DNA of 22,081 nt from NCBI RefSeq assembly GCF_006345805.1, contig NW_021836947.1:1-22081 (forward strand). The letters are read 5' to 3'. The notes under the pieces are model-generated. The model did no database searches. It was not told where the DNA came from and was given only the letters and a program-made list of their open reading frames with translations. Below, in pieces: positions 21,410 to 22,081 of the stretch. A program made the position numbers and the translations under genes. Numbering within the stretch: the first letter of the stretch is position 1; the number at the start of each line of letters is the position of its first letter. This stretch comes from Octopus sinensis. Taxonomy: Eukaryota.

Positions 21410-22076
21410 TATAATTAGTGAATGGAAGAAATGGAGTTGAACGAAGATTGTACAGAATTCCTTTTATTACATTCTACACATGTTTCAAAGGCCACAATTT
21501 TCCAAATTCTGATTAAATAAGGATACCATATTGCAGCTTTCTCTTCAGGAAAAAGCAGGAATTACGTTACCAGAACAAAACAAAACAGAGGCGCAGCAAA
21601 GCAATTCGAACGAGGACGCTCCTTAAGAGCCCATGGTTAAACTGTTTATCAATGTACGTTGAAATCGGGGGGTTGGTGGGGGCCGACAAAAGGTCCGTTG
21701 GAATAATTACAGGTCAGGCCGCCGGTCAAATCTAGTAGGTGAGGAATTAATGAGAACTAGATTTGACCGCGGCCTGACCTGTAATTATTCCAACGGACCT
21801 TTTGTCGGCCCCCACCAAACCCCCGATTTCAACGTACTTGATAAACAGTTTAACATGGGCTCTTAAGGAGCGTCCTCGTTCGAATTGCTTTGCTGCGCCT
21901 CTGTTTGTTTTGTTCTGGCAACGTAATTCCTGCTTTTTCCTGAAGAGAAAGCTGCAATATGGTATCTTATTTAATCAGAATTTGGAAAATTGTGGCCTTT
22001 GAACATGTGTAGAATGTAATAAAAGGAATTCTGTACAATCTTCGTTCAACTCCATTTCTTCCATTCACTAATTATA
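21410..22076. repeat. Long near-perfect palindrome (arms 21410-21736 and 21756-22076, 19-bp spacer)
   Basis: The arms differ by six 1-bp indels (extra base always in the left arm) and two substitutions. Spacer is AGGTGAGGAATTAATGAGA. Confidence 0.95.
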
Positions 22077-22081
22077 GATAT

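Overview
AT-rich, microsatellite-dense animal DNA with no recognisable host gene, rRNA, tRNA gene or CRISPR array. The SINE families look like those of an octopus or other cephalopod; this is recalled pattern, not a database result. The main feature is a ~5.0 kb minus-strand Tx1/L1-clade non-LTR retrotransposon (9462-14493). It has a 5'-truncated ORF1 with a CCHC knuckle and an ORF2 with APE endonuclease, RT (YADD) and a C-terminal Zn finger, and it is flanked on both sides by same-orientation (GATA/GGTA)n arrays, suggesting microsatellite targeting. Its damage appears to be single-base indels only. The rest is a nested patchwork of tRNA-derived SINEs, two non-autonomous Helitrons, hAT, mariner and Tigger-like remnants and MITEs. 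There are also three candidate Penelope-type hammerhead ribozyme motifs (one with a G3-C8 compensatory core), an inverted duplication with a 184-bp perfect core, and a ~320-bp-arm palindrome at the window end. All alignments were done by eye; nothing was searched or folded computationally.
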